Shown: positions 1-9,795, counted from the first letter of the stretch. The stretch: 64,000 nucleotides of DNA from Candidatus Poribacteria bacterium (GCA_965242965.1 OZ251518.1:4768001-4832000); one strand, 5' to 3'. Program-made: numbers and translations. The notes: generated by a model not told the origin, from the sequence alone.

Positions 1-1
1 T

Positions 2-385
2 CCGATATTGGAGAACCTGAACCTCGTTGACTTAGCAAAAGCCGCAAACCTGACGCACCTGCAGGCAGTCAACGCGCTACAGGAACTCAACGAAGTCGAA
101 CTCATTTCTGTTGAAAACTACAACGGTTACAACGGGTTCGCCGGCAGAGACATGCATAACCTGAAATTGGAGTTTGACGTAATCACCTTTGTCATTTACG
201 ACGCGCTGTGCGAAAAAGAGCAAGCGCATCAGTGGCAGGAGATTCAAACCCTTTTCAAGGACAATTCCAAGACCGGGGAAGATCTCTACAGATACCTACG
301 CGAACACTATCATCGCGACATTGTTTACCTCGTCGAGTATTACCGCGTCTTGACGTGGGAGAAACCGCGCCGGCGCGAGTGGTAG
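2..385 (+). CDS. hypothetical protein, probably 5'-truncated by the window edge (possible winged-helix segment)
   Basis: Frame is open from the window start. LVDLAKAANLTHLQAVNALQELNEVELISV resembles an HTH/wHTH. Confidence 0.55.
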   Translation, partial: PILENLNLVDLAKAANLTHLQAVNALQELNEVELISVENYNGYNGFAGRDMHNLKLEFDVITFVIYDALCEKEQAHQWQEIQTLFKDNSKTGEDLYRYLREHYHRDIVYLVEYYRVLTWEKPRRREW

Positions 386-410
386 ACTTCGTCAAGGAAG
401 GGAATCGAAA

Positions 411-833
411 ATGGACATCCGAAAGATGACAGATGCCGAAGTCTATGAACGCGGGCTTGAAGTGCTTTTGAAGGAACTGGGCCCCGATGAAATGCCCCGC
501 TTCCTCCAACAGTGCAAACCGCGCACCTACGATTACACCGCAACGCGGCAGCAATCGCTAAAAAATGAGGAACTTGACACAATTGTCAATTGTATCCGAC
601 AGGAAGAATTGGAGAGACAAGCCGAAGAACAGGTGAAGGCACACCGCATCACCGCATGGCGCAATAACTCGGCGGAACTTACCGAACTGGAACGCTTTGA
701 AATCGGGCATAAAGCACTTGTGGCGAAGTTGGGACTCTCCGGAACATGGACGTTTTTACGCACCATTTTGAGCACGGAAACCACGGTGATTCCGCCGATG
801 CTAAGCCATCTCCACCCGAATCCGAGTTGGTGA
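411..833 (+). CDS. small hypothetical protein with an internally duplicated helical domain
   Basis: RBS-like AAGGAAGGG upstream. MTDAEVYERGLEVLLKELGPDEMPRFL is echoed by LTELERFEIGHKALVAKLGLSGTWTFL. Confidence 0.65.
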   Translation: MDIRKMTDAEVYERGLEVLLKELGPDEMPRFLQQCKPRTYDYTATRQQSLKNEELDTIVNCIRQEELERQAEEQVKAHRITAWRNNSAELTELERFEIGHKALVAKLGLSGTWTFLRTILSTETTVIPPMLSHLHPNPSW

Positions 834-932
834 GTCCTCCACGGCAACAGGTATCCTAGCACCGCGCCGACTCTCTAAAACGGCAAACCGCGAAGATTGA
901 GGCTGAAACGAAATCTAGCGTTCGTTTTTTCC

Positions 933-961
933 TTGTAATTTTATGCATTTTATGGTATCCT
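933..961 (+). promoter_or_regulatory. sigma70-like promoter (TTGTAA ... TGG-TATCCT)
   Basis: The same architecture recurs at 3977-4005 and 5631-5659, each directly before the conserved leader. Confidence 0.6.
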
Positions 962-967
962 ATTAAG

Positions 968-1125
968 ACCGGTTCGTGAACGTTCTTTCAACACTCGGAC
1001 CGGCCGAAGCGCAACTCCGCATCGGTAAGAAACGACGCGCCGCTTACCCGCGCGTCAACCCCCGCAACTCAACGATGGAGGCAGTCAACTTGCAGAAGCA
1101 GACGCTGCAACTCCGGAGAGTTTAT
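968..1125 (+). ncRNA. putative structured 5' leader RNA, copy 1
   Basis: About 92% identical to 4015-4172. Several stems: CCGGTTCG/CGGACCGG, CCGAAGCG/CGCATCGG, GACGCGC/GCGCGTC, TTGCAG/CTGCAA. Confidence 0.55.
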
Positions 1126-1166
1126 GCAGCCCGTTCAGGGCACGCAATCGCTGATACAAAGAGGAA

Positions 1167-3464
1167 ATGATGCTCAAAGAGACTATCGATCACATTTTCG
1201 AGTTCACGGAAACTCTGACATCCAACGATTCTAACAAAGCCGTAACCAAGCATTTTGTCGTTTTACCTATCCTCCGCGACTTGGAATGGAACTGCGACAA
1301 TCTGGAGAACTTAGAGGTTTTTCCAGACAAAAGCACCGAAAGCGGCACCGTTGACTACGCCTTACAACACGATGGAAAATCGCGCGTATTCATTGTGGTT
1401 AAACGCTGGCCCACAGAACTCGACCCTGATGAACTTTACGATGAAACCGCCCTTTACGCTTCTCAAGAAGAGGTTGATTTTGTCGTTCTCACCAACGGCA
1501 AGACATGGGACTTCTATCTGCCTAATCTACCAGACGTTCCATGGGAAACGAGAAGGTTTTGCTCCATCGATCTTGACAACGAGAATGAGGCAGTCTCCGA
1601 TTTTCAGAAATATCTGTCCAAATCTCATGTTCTGGATGCCAGCGCAAGAGAGGCGGCAGAAGCGATTGTCAAAAAACCGGAAAAACCTACCTCCGAAGAA
1701 CTACTCCGCGATGTCCGGAAGATAATCAGGAAAATTGAGGACAAATCCACCAGCGGCGACTATATCTTCCGCGGCGAACCTGAATGCTATCCGAAAGTCT
1801 CCTCAGCTCTTTACCGCCAATACGAAGAAATTCCGATAGATGGATCCAATGTCGAAGATTTCCAAGATAAGATGCTAATCGCGGCGCAAGAGCATCTCCC
1901 CGGAACAACCAGCGACTCTGAAACCCCAGTAAGGAAACCAGACGACTCTTTTGAGACCTTAACCGAACTCCAACACTACGGGGGTAAAACGAACCTCATC
2001 GACTTTACGACCGATTCTCGTGTAGCACTTTTCTTCGCCTGCGACGGTTCGCCCGGCAAGAAGGGGAGGGTTATCCTACGGAAAAGAGGGGACAGAGAAG
2101 ATCTCGTTGAAAACCCGCGCGAACCGAGCAACCCCCTTAATCGTGTCATCGCTCAGAAGAGCATATTCGTTCGACCTCGCCAAGGCTGCGTTGAATTCAA
2201 TCAAAACAAGGATGTTGTTGAGATTCCGGCAGACCTCAAGAAGCCTATGCTGGAATACCTGCAAAAGTATCACAACATTTCTGCGAAAACTATCTATAAC
2301 GACCTGTATGGATTCATCAGAACACAGGATATCCATCTCAGGGCCTACAAAGAACTTTACAGAGGTTTTTCTGCAGCGGATAAAGATGATCTGGACAAGG
2401 CCATCCGGCACTATAACAAGGCGATAGAACTTAAACCCGATTTTTTCGGAGCCTATAACGACCGCGGTATTGCTTATGGCAAAAAGGGCGACTTTGACAG
2501 TGCTATCAAAGACCTTAACAAGGCAATTGAACTCAACCCTAATCTCGCCGAGGCGTATAACAACCGCGGCCTCTCTTACCTCCAAAAAGGCGAGATTGAT
2601 ACCGCCATTCACAACTACAGCAAGGCAATTGAACTCAACCCTAATCTCGCCGAGGCATATAACAACCTTGGCACTGCTTACCTCCAAACAGGCGAACTTG
2701 ACAACGCCATTCACAACTACAGCAAGGCAATTGAACTCAAACCCAATCGCGTCAAAGTCTATAACAACCGCGGCAAAGCCTATGCAGGAAAAGGTGAGTT
2801 TGACAACGCTATCGCAGATTTTAACAAGGCAATCAAACTCAATCCTGTTGATGCCGAAGCCTATTACAATCGTGGTAACGCTTACGCCCAAAAAGGCGAA
2901 CTTGACAACGCCATCAAAGACTTTACCAAAACAATCGAACTCAATCCCGATTTTTTCGGAACCTATAACAACCGCGGTGTTGCTCATAGCGAAAAGGGCG
3001 AATTTGACAAAGCCATCCAGAACTATGACAAGGCGATAGAACTCCATCCTGTTTACGCCGAAGCCTATTACAACCGCGGCATTGCTTATGACACAAAGGG
3101 CGAATTTGACAAAGCCATCCAGAACTATGACAAGGCGATAGAACTCCATCCCGTTTACGCCGAAGCCTATTACAACCGCGGCACTACTTACTTCCAAAAA
3201 GACGAGGTTGACAACGCTATCAAAGACTTTACCACGGCGATAGAACTCAAACCCGATTCTGCCATTGCCTATTGCAACCGCGGCGAAGCGTGGATGCACC
3301 GCCGCGAATGGGACAAAGCCAAAGCAGACCTAACCGTTGCCAAAAACATGGCTTACAATATCATCGTCTCATTTCAGAGCGATTATGAAAACGTCGCGGA
3401 CTTTGAAGAGAAAAACGGCGTTACGGTGCCACCAGACATCAAGGCAATGCTGACCCCGGCGTAG
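1167..3464 (+). CDS. HsdR_N-like + FRG domain + TPR repeat protein
   Basis: N-terminal VDYAL..VVLTNGKTWDFY resembles the type I restriction HsdR N-domain. FRG motifs YIFRGE and LQHYGGKTNLIDFT..ALFFAC. About 10 34-aa TPR repeats (AYNNRG..Y..KG..D.AI..Y.KAIEL.P). Confidence 0.9.
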   Translation: MMLKETIDHIFEFTETLTSNDSNKAVTKHFVVLPILRDLEWNCDNLENLEVFPDKSTESGTVDYALQHDGKSRVFIVVKRWPTELDPDELYDETALYASQEEVDFVVLTNGKTWDFYLPNLPDVPWETRRFCSIDLDNENEAVSDFQKYLSKSHVLDASAREAAEAIVKKPEKPTSEELLRDVRKIIRKIEDKSTSGDYIFRGEPECYPKVSSALYRQYEEIPIDGSNVEDFQDKMLIAAQEHLPGTTSDSETPVRKPDDSFETLTELQHYGGKTNLIDFTTDSRVALFFACDGSPGKKGRVILRKRGDREDLVENPREPSNPLNRVIAQKSIFVRPRQGCVEFNQNKDVVEIPADLKKPMLEYLQKYHNISAKTIYNDLYGFIRTQDIHLRAYKELYRGFSAADKDDLDKAIRHYNKAIELKPDFFGAYNDRGIAYGKKGDFDSAIKDLNKAIELNPNLAEAYNNRGLSYLQKGEIDTAIHNYSKAIELNPNLAEAYNNLGTAYLQTGELDNAIHNYSKAIELKPNRVKVYNNRGKAYAGKGEFDNAIADFNKAIKLNPVDAEAYYNRGNAYAQKGELDNAIKDFTKTIELNPDFFGTYNNRGVAHSEKGEFDKAIQNYDKAIELHPVYAEAYYNRGIAYDTKGEFDKAIQNYDKAIELHPVYAEAYYNRGTTYFQKDEVDNAIKDFTTAIELKPDSAIAYCNRGEAWMHRREWDKAKADLTVAKNMAYNIIVSFQSDYENVADFEEKNGVTVPPDIKAMLTPA

Positions 3465-3545
3465 GTGCAACCTCCGAAATCTGTCACTTCCCGAATGCGC
3501 AACGCTTTTTTCTTGGCACAAATCGCTTCTTAAGGCTAAATTAAC

Positions 3546-3950
3546 GGGGGTGTTTCATATTTCGATGTGTTCGGTAGGAGAGCCCGCCAGGTCTTGATGT
3601 CTTCTCGGTAGGAGAGACCTCTGGTCTCGATTTTCCCGTAGGGCTTTTCTCTGCCCGTAGCGCGGGGGCCTGTCCCCCGCGATCTCCATCGTCAAGAGGG
3701 GCGTTTTAGGTCCTTAATAAAAACACGCGCGGCCCTGGCAAAGACTATTAAGGACCTAAAGGACCTTAGCGTTCTTCGCAGGCGCGCGGGCTATAGACAT
3801 TAAGGTCCTACGGACCTAAGAGAACCAGAGACGTTTTTCCCGTAGCGCGGACAATGGCGAGGGACAGGCCCTCGCCCTACGATGAAGGGGGGCAGCCCTA
3901 TTGCATCGAGACCAGGAGGTCTCTCCTACGGGGATTTATGAAACCCCCTC
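3546..3950. mobile_element. MITE with 14-bp TIR and 8-bp TSD, carrying REP-like hairpins
   Basis: GGGGGTGTTTCATA ... TATGAAACCCCCTC, flanked by the direct repeat AAATTAAC (3538-3545 and 3951-3958). Confidence 0.85.
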
Positions 3951-4014
3951 AAATTAACGTCATCTTCACATTTTTCTTGCAAAGTTTTGCATTTTATGGT
4001 ATTCTATGTTTAAC

Positions 4015-4172
4015 ACTGGTTCGTGAACGTTCGCTCAACACTCGGACCGGCCGAAGCGCAACACCGCATCGGTAAGAAACGACGCGCCGTTCGACCGCGC
4101 GTCAACACCCGTAACTCAACGATGGAGGCAGTCAACTTGCAGAAGAAGACACTGCAACTCCGGAGAGTTTAT
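4015..4172 (+). ncRNA. putative structured 5' leader RNA, copy 2
   Basis: Near-identical to 968-1125. Follows the promoter TTGCAA..TGGTATTCT (3977-4005). Confidence 0.55.
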
Positions 4173-4223
4173 TCGTATTGTCCCTATTAGGGACACATTT
4201 TTGACTATCACTGAAGAGAGAAG

Positions 4224-5585
4224 ATGAACACGCAACAACCAGACGAACTCAACCGCGTGCTGGAAAAGATCTGTGAGATAGCTGAGAAATCGGCTAGCGG
4301 TGACTACGTCTACCGCGGCGAACCTGCCTGCTATTCTAAAGTCTCCTCAACCCTCTATCGCGAATACGAGGAAGAAATTGACGAGGAGAGTTTTGAGATA
4401 GATGTCGTCCAAGAAGAAATTCTAGGCGAGGCGAGAAAGTATACCCGCGAAACAGCCGATGATTTGGAGATTTTGACAGAACTTCAACACCACGGCGGGA
4501 AAACCAACCTGATCGATTTTACGACTGACTACCTCATTGCTCTTTTCTTTTCATGTGATGGAGAGCATGCCCAAGCCGGCCGGGTTATCTTGCTAGAAAA
4601 GGAATCGGCCGACTACAAGGTCGAAAAACCGCCGAAGACGATTAATCGCGTGGAGTCCCAGAAAAGCATATTCGTGCAAGCATCCGAAGGGTTTGTTGAA
4701 CCGGACGAGGTAGTAACTGTTCCCCAAGACCTTAAGCAGGCTATGCTAAACTATCTGCGGAAGCATCACGACATCTCCACCGAAACTATCTACAACGACT
4801 TGCATGGATTTATCACGAACCGGAGTATCCATGAAAGTGCCTACACGCTGTTTCATAAAGGGATGACCTGTCAAAATCGAGGAGATTCAGCGAAAACGCG
4901 GGCAAAAAAACAGGTGTGGTATGATAAAGCCGTGGGCCATTATACCGAAGCTTTGGAACAGAAACCTGATTTTCACGAGGCCTATAACAATCGCGGTGCT
5001 GCTTACAAGGAAAAAGGTGAACTTGATAACGCGATTCAAGACTTTACCACGGTGATAAAACTCAATCCCGTTTACGCTAAAGCCTATAACAACCGCGGTG
5101 CTGCTTACCTTGAAAAAGGCGAACTTGACAGCGCTATCAATGACTTAACCACGGCGATAGAACTCAATCCTGATTACGCCACAGCCTATTACAACAGCGG
5201 CACTGCTTACCTCCAAAAAGGCGAACTTGACAACGCTATCAATGACTTAACCACGGCGATAGAACTTAAACCCGATTCTGCCAATGCCTATAACAACCGC
5301 GGTGTTGCTCATAGCGAAAAGGACGAATTTGACAAGGCCATCCAGAACTTTGACAAAGCGATCCAATTCAAACCCGATGATGCCACAGCCTATAGCAATC
5401 GCGGCAAAGTGTGGATGCATTTAGGCAAATGGAACAAAGCCAAAGCAGACCTAACCGTTGCCAAGGACAGCGGCGTGGATATCATCGCCTCCTTTCAGAT
5501 CGATTATGAAAGCGTCGCGGACTTTGAGAAGAAAAACGGCGTTACGGTGCCAGCAGACCTCGCGGTGATGCTAACCTCTGAGTAG
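4224..5585 (+). CDS. FRG domain + TPR repeat protein
   Basis: YVYRGE and LQHHGGKTNLIDFTTDYLIALFFSC, about 6 TPRs. C-terminus is homologous to 1167..3464. Confidence 0.9.
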   Translation: MNTQQPDELNRVLEKICEIAEKSASGDYVYRGEPACYSKVSSTLYREYEEEIDEESFEIDVVQEEILGEARKYTRETADDLEILTELQHHGGKTNLIDFTTDYLIALFFSCDGEHAQAGRVILLEKESADYKVEKPPKTINRVESQKSIFVQASEGFVEPDEVVTVPQDLKQAMLNYLRKHHDISTETIYNDLHGFITNRSIHESAYTLFHKGMTCQNRGDSAKTRAKKQVWYDKAVGHYTEALEQKPDFHEAYNNRGAAYKEKGELDNAIQDFTTVIKLNPVYAKAYNNRGAAYLEKGELDSAINDLTTAIELNPDYATAYYNSGTAYLQKGELDNAINDLTTAIELKPDSANAYNNRGVAHSEKDEFDKAIQNFDKAIQFKPDDATAYSNRGKVWMHLGKWNKAKADLTVAKDSGVDIIASFQIDYESVADFEKKNGVTVPADLAVMLTSE

Positions 5586-5665
5586 GTTCAACCTCCAAAA
5601 TCGTCTTTTCCAGATTGTTAGGATTTCTCGTTGCAAATTTACGCAGTTTGTGGTATCCTATCAAG

Positions 5666-5732
5666 GGTTCGTGAACGTTCGCTGCCGAAAGGAGCGGAGA
5701 CTTCTCGGACCCGCCAAAGTGCATTACTGCAC
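5666..5732 (+). ncRNA. shorter variant of the conserved leader, copy 3
   Basis: GGGTTCGTGAACGTTC...TCGGACCC retains the first stem. Includes a GAAA-tetraloop hairpin and GTGCA/TGCAC. Follows the promoter at 5631-5659. Confidence 0.4.
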
Positions 5733-5751
5733 GCGCAACGGAGGAAAGAAG

Positions 5752-6546
5752 ATGAACATACAACAAGACCGGATTGACACGGTGCAAGAAATCGTCACTC
5801 GCGGTTTCAATTACCTAGACCAAGGCCATCTGGACAAGGCTGTCGCGCTCTTCACTACCGTGATAGATCTTGAACCGGACCGGGCCGTAGTTTATCACTA
5901 TCGAGGCGAAGCCTACTACACTCAAGGCGCATTTGACAATGCCATCAGCGATTTTAGCAAGGCGATAGCAATTGAGTCCGACTTTGCCGAAGCCTATAGC
6001 AATCGCGGTATGGCTTACGAGGCTAAAGGTGAACTTGACCTGGCCATCCAAGACTATAATACGGGGATAAGACTGAACCCCCATGAGACATTAGCCTATT
6101 ACCATCGTGCCAGGTTCTACAGTTTCGGTGAGGAAGAGGAAATCGCACTTGACCTGGCCATCCAAGACTATAACATGGCGATAAAATTGGATCGCTATTT
6201 TGTCAACGCCTATCACAATCGCGGGCTGAGTTACTTGATGCTAGAAGACTTTGACCGAGCCGTCGAAGACTTTGACATGGCAATAAAGTTGAATCCAAAT
6301 CTCGTCAATGCCTATAAAGGTCGCGGTATGGCTTACACCTTCATGGAAAAGTTTGAGCATGCTGTCAATGACTATAGCAAGGCAATAGAACTCGATCCTG
6401 ATGATGCTGAAACCTATCGCGATCGCGGCAAAGCATGGATGCACCTTAGCAAATGGGAAAAAGCCGCAGCCGACTTGATTGCGGCCGGTGAAATCCCTCC
6501 TGAAGATGTCGTCGCTGCCTTGAGTGCTTCGGAATCTGAGTCGTAA
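5752..6546 (+). CDS. TPR repeat protein
   Basis: GGAGG RBS before ATG 5752. About 7 TPRs. Confidence 0.9.
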   Translation: MNIQQDRIDTVQEIVTRGFNYLDQGHLDKAVALFTTVIDLEPDRAVVYHYRGEAYYTQGAFDNAISDFSKAIAIESDFAEAYSNRGMAYEAKGELDLAIQDYNTGIRLNPHETLAYYHRARFYSFGEEEEIALDLAIQDYNMAIKLDRYFVNAYHNRGLSYLMLEDFDRAVEDFDMAIKLNPNLVNAYKGRGMAYTFMEKFEHAVNDYSKAIELDPDDAETYRDRGKAWMHLSKWEKAAADLIAAGEIPPEDVVAALSASESES

Positions 6547-6640
6547 GACAACCTTGAAGATTCGGGAAATAGATCGGAAATGTTGACGAGGCAGTAGCCC
6601 GAAACTGGGAATGACCGATTCCGAACTCGCTCATTTTTTC

Positions 6641-6670
6641 TTGACATTACGTTGTTTTTTATGGTATACT
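6641..6670 (+). promoter_or_regulatory. sigma70-like promoter of the R-M operon
   Basis: TTGACA-N18-TATACT with a TG extension. Confidence 0.6.
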
Positions 6671-6743
6671 AATTCCATACGAAACTTACGCGAAAACCGT
6701 CTTGGATTTCCATCTGAGACGTTAACATGACGGAGTCCAACTC

Positions 6744-8057
6744 ATGTCGCCGAATGAAATTTTTGACTGGTTTAACCAAACACCCATTGATAAGACCTGG
6801 TCATTTGACGGATGCAAACCGTCAGACACAGGGAAATGGACGCACGGGTACCATCGCTACCCCGCCAAGTTTATTCCTCAACTTGTTGAGCGTCTGATCG
6901 ATACCTACATATCCAACGGGTCCGCTCACGTAAACGATCCGTTTATGGGATGTGGCACAACTGTTGTCACTGCGATATCCAGAGGGTTTCAAGCGAGCGG
7001 CACGGACATTAACAAAGTCGCTCATTTGGTAACCCAAACGAAAGCGTCCCCGATCCAACCCGACTATCTTGACAAAAAAGTTAAGCAATTTTTGTCACGA
7101 ATTTGTCCGCTCGGTGAAGGGCAGAGTTTTTTCGGCACACGCCAGGTCTGCCCCCAAATTCCAGATAAACATCTGGAACGGATTGACTATTGGTTTACAG
7201 AAGAAACGCGTGATGAAATGGGGAAAATCCTAAACGTGATTCTGGACGAAACGGATCAAGCGGTTCGGTGTTTCCTTCTCGTAGCGTTTAGTCACGTTCT
7301 CAAAACCTGTTCGATTTGGAGCCAAGGGAGCACCAAACCGACGCGCGATTTGAGGAAACGGCCGACACTTCCGTACGATGCGATCAAACGGCACCTCACC
7401 AAGATGCTAAAGGGAAACACGCATTTTTATCAAGTCGTGCCATCTCATGTGCGAGACCTGTTGGATGGTTATCTAAACGTCCACGTGGGCTCCGCCGAAA
7501 GACAATCTGTACCCGATGATAGCGTTGATCTGATCGTCAGTTCAAGTCCTTACGTGACAAGTTACGAATATGCCGATCTACATCAACTGTCAACGATCTG
7601 GTTGGATTTAGCCGATGACCTGAAAGAATACAGAAAACAGTTCATTGGAACGTCCTACAAGCACTACGATGACAAACCGCTGCGGAGTCAAATCGCCTCC
7701 GAGATTGTCTCCCAAATGGTGCCCCAAAGTAGGAAAAAAGCGAAAGAAATTGAAGCCTTCTTCATCGACATGCAGGAGGTGTTCAATGAGAGTTTTAGAA
7801 TCCTGAAACCGGGGGGCAGATGTTGCTACGTCATTGGCAACACGAAGCTCAAAGGTGTTGAAATCCTCAACGCCGAAGCCTTCGCGGAGTCCCTGCAATA
7901 CTCAGGCTTCAAACTCGATCGGCTCATTAAGCGGGAAATCCCCTTGAAAATTCTCCCCCAGAAACGGGATGAAAAAACTGGGAGATTTGCCAGTAAGGAT
8001 AAAGCCGACTCCGAAGCGTACCCAACAGAGTATGTCGTGATTGGGTTAAAGGAGTAG
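6744..8057 (+). CDS. DNA methyltransferase (N4-C/N6-A amino-MTase) of a type II R-M system
   Basis: HGYHRYPAKF, DPFMGCGTT (motif I), SSPY (variant of motif IV SPPY), RILKPGG. Confidence 0.88.
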   Translation: MSPNEIFDWFNQTPIDKTWSFDGCKPSDTGKWTHGYHRYPAKFIPQLVERLIDTYISNGSAHVNDPFMGCGTTVVTAISRGFQASGTDINKVAHLVTQTKASPIQPDYLDKKVKQFLSRICPLGEGQSFFGTRQVCPQIPDKHLERIDYWFTEETRDEMGKILNVILDETDQAVRCFLLVAFSHVLKTCSIWSQGSTKPTRDLRKRPTLPYDAIKRHLTKMLKGNTHFYQVVPSHVRDLLDGYLNVHVGSAERQSVPDDSVDLIVSSSPYVTSYEYADLHQLSTIWLDLADDLKEYRKQFIGTSYKHYDDKPLRSQIASEIVSQMVPQSRKKAKEIEAFFIDMQEVFNESFRILKPGGRCCYVIGNTKLKGVEILNAEAFAESLQYSGFKLDRLIKREIPLKILPQKRDEKTGRFASKDKADSEAYPTEYVVIGLKE

Positions 8058-8063
8058 GGAATC

Positions 8064-8762
8064 ATGAATTTTGAAGACCTGAAAAATATGTACTCGGCGG
8101 CGCAGTTAAGCGAAGGCGCGGAAGCCTATCGGTCTGTTTCCCAACTCTTGCAGGATGCCAAGGGACAGCATAAGCAAGATTTTTTGAGGGCTAAGCCGCA
8201 CGGAGACCACGAACAGAGCTGGCGTGCCTTTAAGGGCAAAAACTTTGAGAAATTGATTCGACACATTATCACGGACTCAATTGAAGCCCTCGGAATGAAG
8301 GTAATCGACGGTAATAAATTGGAGAAGAGCAAAAGCGTAAACCTGTCGCAGGAATTAAGCCAAGTGAAGCGAAATTTGGCAATTGATTACGGCGAGTTTG
8401 GTTTGCATCTCCCCGACGTTGATATTGTCGTCTACAACCCTAAAAATTGCAGGGTTATCGCTTTAATCTCCAGCAAAGTCACGTTGAGAGAACGGATTGC
8501 CCAGACAGGCTACTGGAAACTCAAATTGCTGGAAGATAAAACTACCGCTAACATCAAGGTCTATTTTATCACGCCTGACGAAGATGGAACCTTGACGAGC
8601 GCATATCTTCCCAAGAAAGGACGAGCGATTGTTGAGGTCGACCTTGATGGCACCTATGTCCTAACCGAGGCATCGCTTGAGCAGAGTGACAAGGTTAAAC
8701 TGTTTGAGCATTTCATTGATGATTTCAGGCAGTTAATCGAAGAGAGCAAGGCATCTTTATGA
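8064..8762 (+). CDS. type II restriction endonuclease, BsaWI-like
   Basis: QSWRAFKGKNFEKLI, PDVDIVVY and SSKVTLRERIAQ (PD..KxxLRER motif of the CCGG family). Directly follows the MTase. Confidence 0.8.
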   Translation: MNFEDLKNMYSAAQLSEGAEAYRSVSQLLQDAKGQHKQDFLRAKPHGDHEQSWRAFKGKNFEKLIRHIITDSIEALGMKVIDGNKLEKSKSVNLSQELSQVKRNLAIDYGEFGLHLPDVDIVVYNPKNCRVIALISSKVTLRERIAQTGYWKLKLLEDKTTANIKVYFITPDEDGTLTSAYLPKKGRAIVEVDLDGTYVLTEASLEQSDKVKLFEHFIDDFRQLIEESKASL

Positions 8763-8869
8763 AACTTGCTGGTGGCGCGTAGTCCGACGAAGGCTATAAG
8801 CCCCTCACTGAAAAACGGAGTGTTAGGCATCAGAGCAACCGCGCCTAACGAAAGAAAAGGAGGATTCGC

Positions 8870-9457
8870 GTGTCAAAACCAACGGTTAGGGGACTTGTTA
8901 TGGAGTTCTTTGAAAATCACCCCAACCAAGAGATCCCGCACGCTCTTGTCTTGGCTTGGGTGGATCCAAAGTATGAGGAAGCGCACGGCCGCCGCCCTCT
9001 TGATACACGGCGAAGAATCAGAGATCTCTGTAAGGAAAACAAACTCACTAAGATTCGTGACGGTGTCTACAAATATGACCCGAATCGTGCCCAAGGTGTC
9101 AAGTTGCGAGGTTTCTCAGAAACTACAAAGAGAGACGCATTGGAACGAGATAACTACCAATGTGTTCTCTGTGGCCGCGGGCGCGAAGATGGGATTACCC
9201 TCACCGTAGACCACATCATTCCAAGGGATAATGACGGCCCCAACACCCTTGAAAACGCTCAAACGCTCTGTTCTCAACACAATCTGCTCAAGAAGAACTA
9301 CTCCCAAACCGAAGCCGGGAAACGGTACTTCATCAGAATGCATGAAACCGCGGTTGCCAATCAGGACGAGAAGATGATAGCGTTCTGCCGAGCGGTTTTC
9401 GATGCTTACGATGAATACGAAGTGGACTTCCACATCCCGCGACCGGACAGGGACTAA
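8870..9457 (+). CDS. HNH endonuclease with an N-terminal wHTH-like region
   Basis: AGGAGG RBS with GTG start. RDNYQCVLCG..TVDHIIP..NAQTLCSQHNLLKKN. Confidence 0.85.
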   Translation: MSKPTVRGLVMEFFENHPNQEIPHALVLAWVDPKYEEAHGRRPLDTRRRIRDLCKENKLTKIRDGVYKYDPNRAQGVKLRGFSETTKRDALERDNYQCVLCGRGREDGITLTVDHIIPRDNDGPNTLENAQTLCSQHNLLKKNYSQTEAGKRYFIRMHETAVANQDEKMIAFCRAVFDAYDEYEVDFHIPRPDRD

Positions 9458-9501
9458 GCGAATCTCAAGCCACCAAACGTTTGGCTACAAGCGGTTCAGA
9501 T

Positions 9502-9795
9502 ATGAACGTGAAGAAAGACAGGAAACCCTCTCAGCCAGAGCTCAAGTTCCGCGCGCTTTTGGATAAAATATCCGAGCGGACAGGCGAAGGAAGAGGCAAT
9601 TACGCTGTGGACCGGCACCAGCAACCAATGCCGGATATTGATACTATCTTGAAGGAAGCGGAACTGTTAGAGAAAACTGAACAGGCATCTTCAAGTCTTG
9701 TTGAACCGGTATTGCAAGCAACGGCTCAGAGAAAGCGCGTAATCCGAACGCGGACAGCCGATGCGTTGTGTTCCGAGCGCAGTTTCCAGAAATGA
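9502..9795 (+). CDS. hypothetical protein
   Basis: Fills the gap between the HNH gene and thiD on the same strand. No recognisable motif. Confidence 0.4.
   Translation: MNVKKDRKPSQPELKFRALLDKISERTGEGRGNYAVDRHQQPMPDIDTILKEAELLEKTEQASSSLVEPVLQATAQRKRVIRTRTADALCSERSFQK

Noticed and set aside
2076-3299. 407-aa antisense ORF and alternative-frame ORFs over the TPR region
   Set aside because: Shadow ORFs caused by the repetitive TPR coding sequence.
2400-3300. Diversity-generating retroelement (AAC-rich repeats)
   Set aside because: No reverse transcriptase in the window. The repeats are in-frame TPR units, and the differences are not restricted to adenines.
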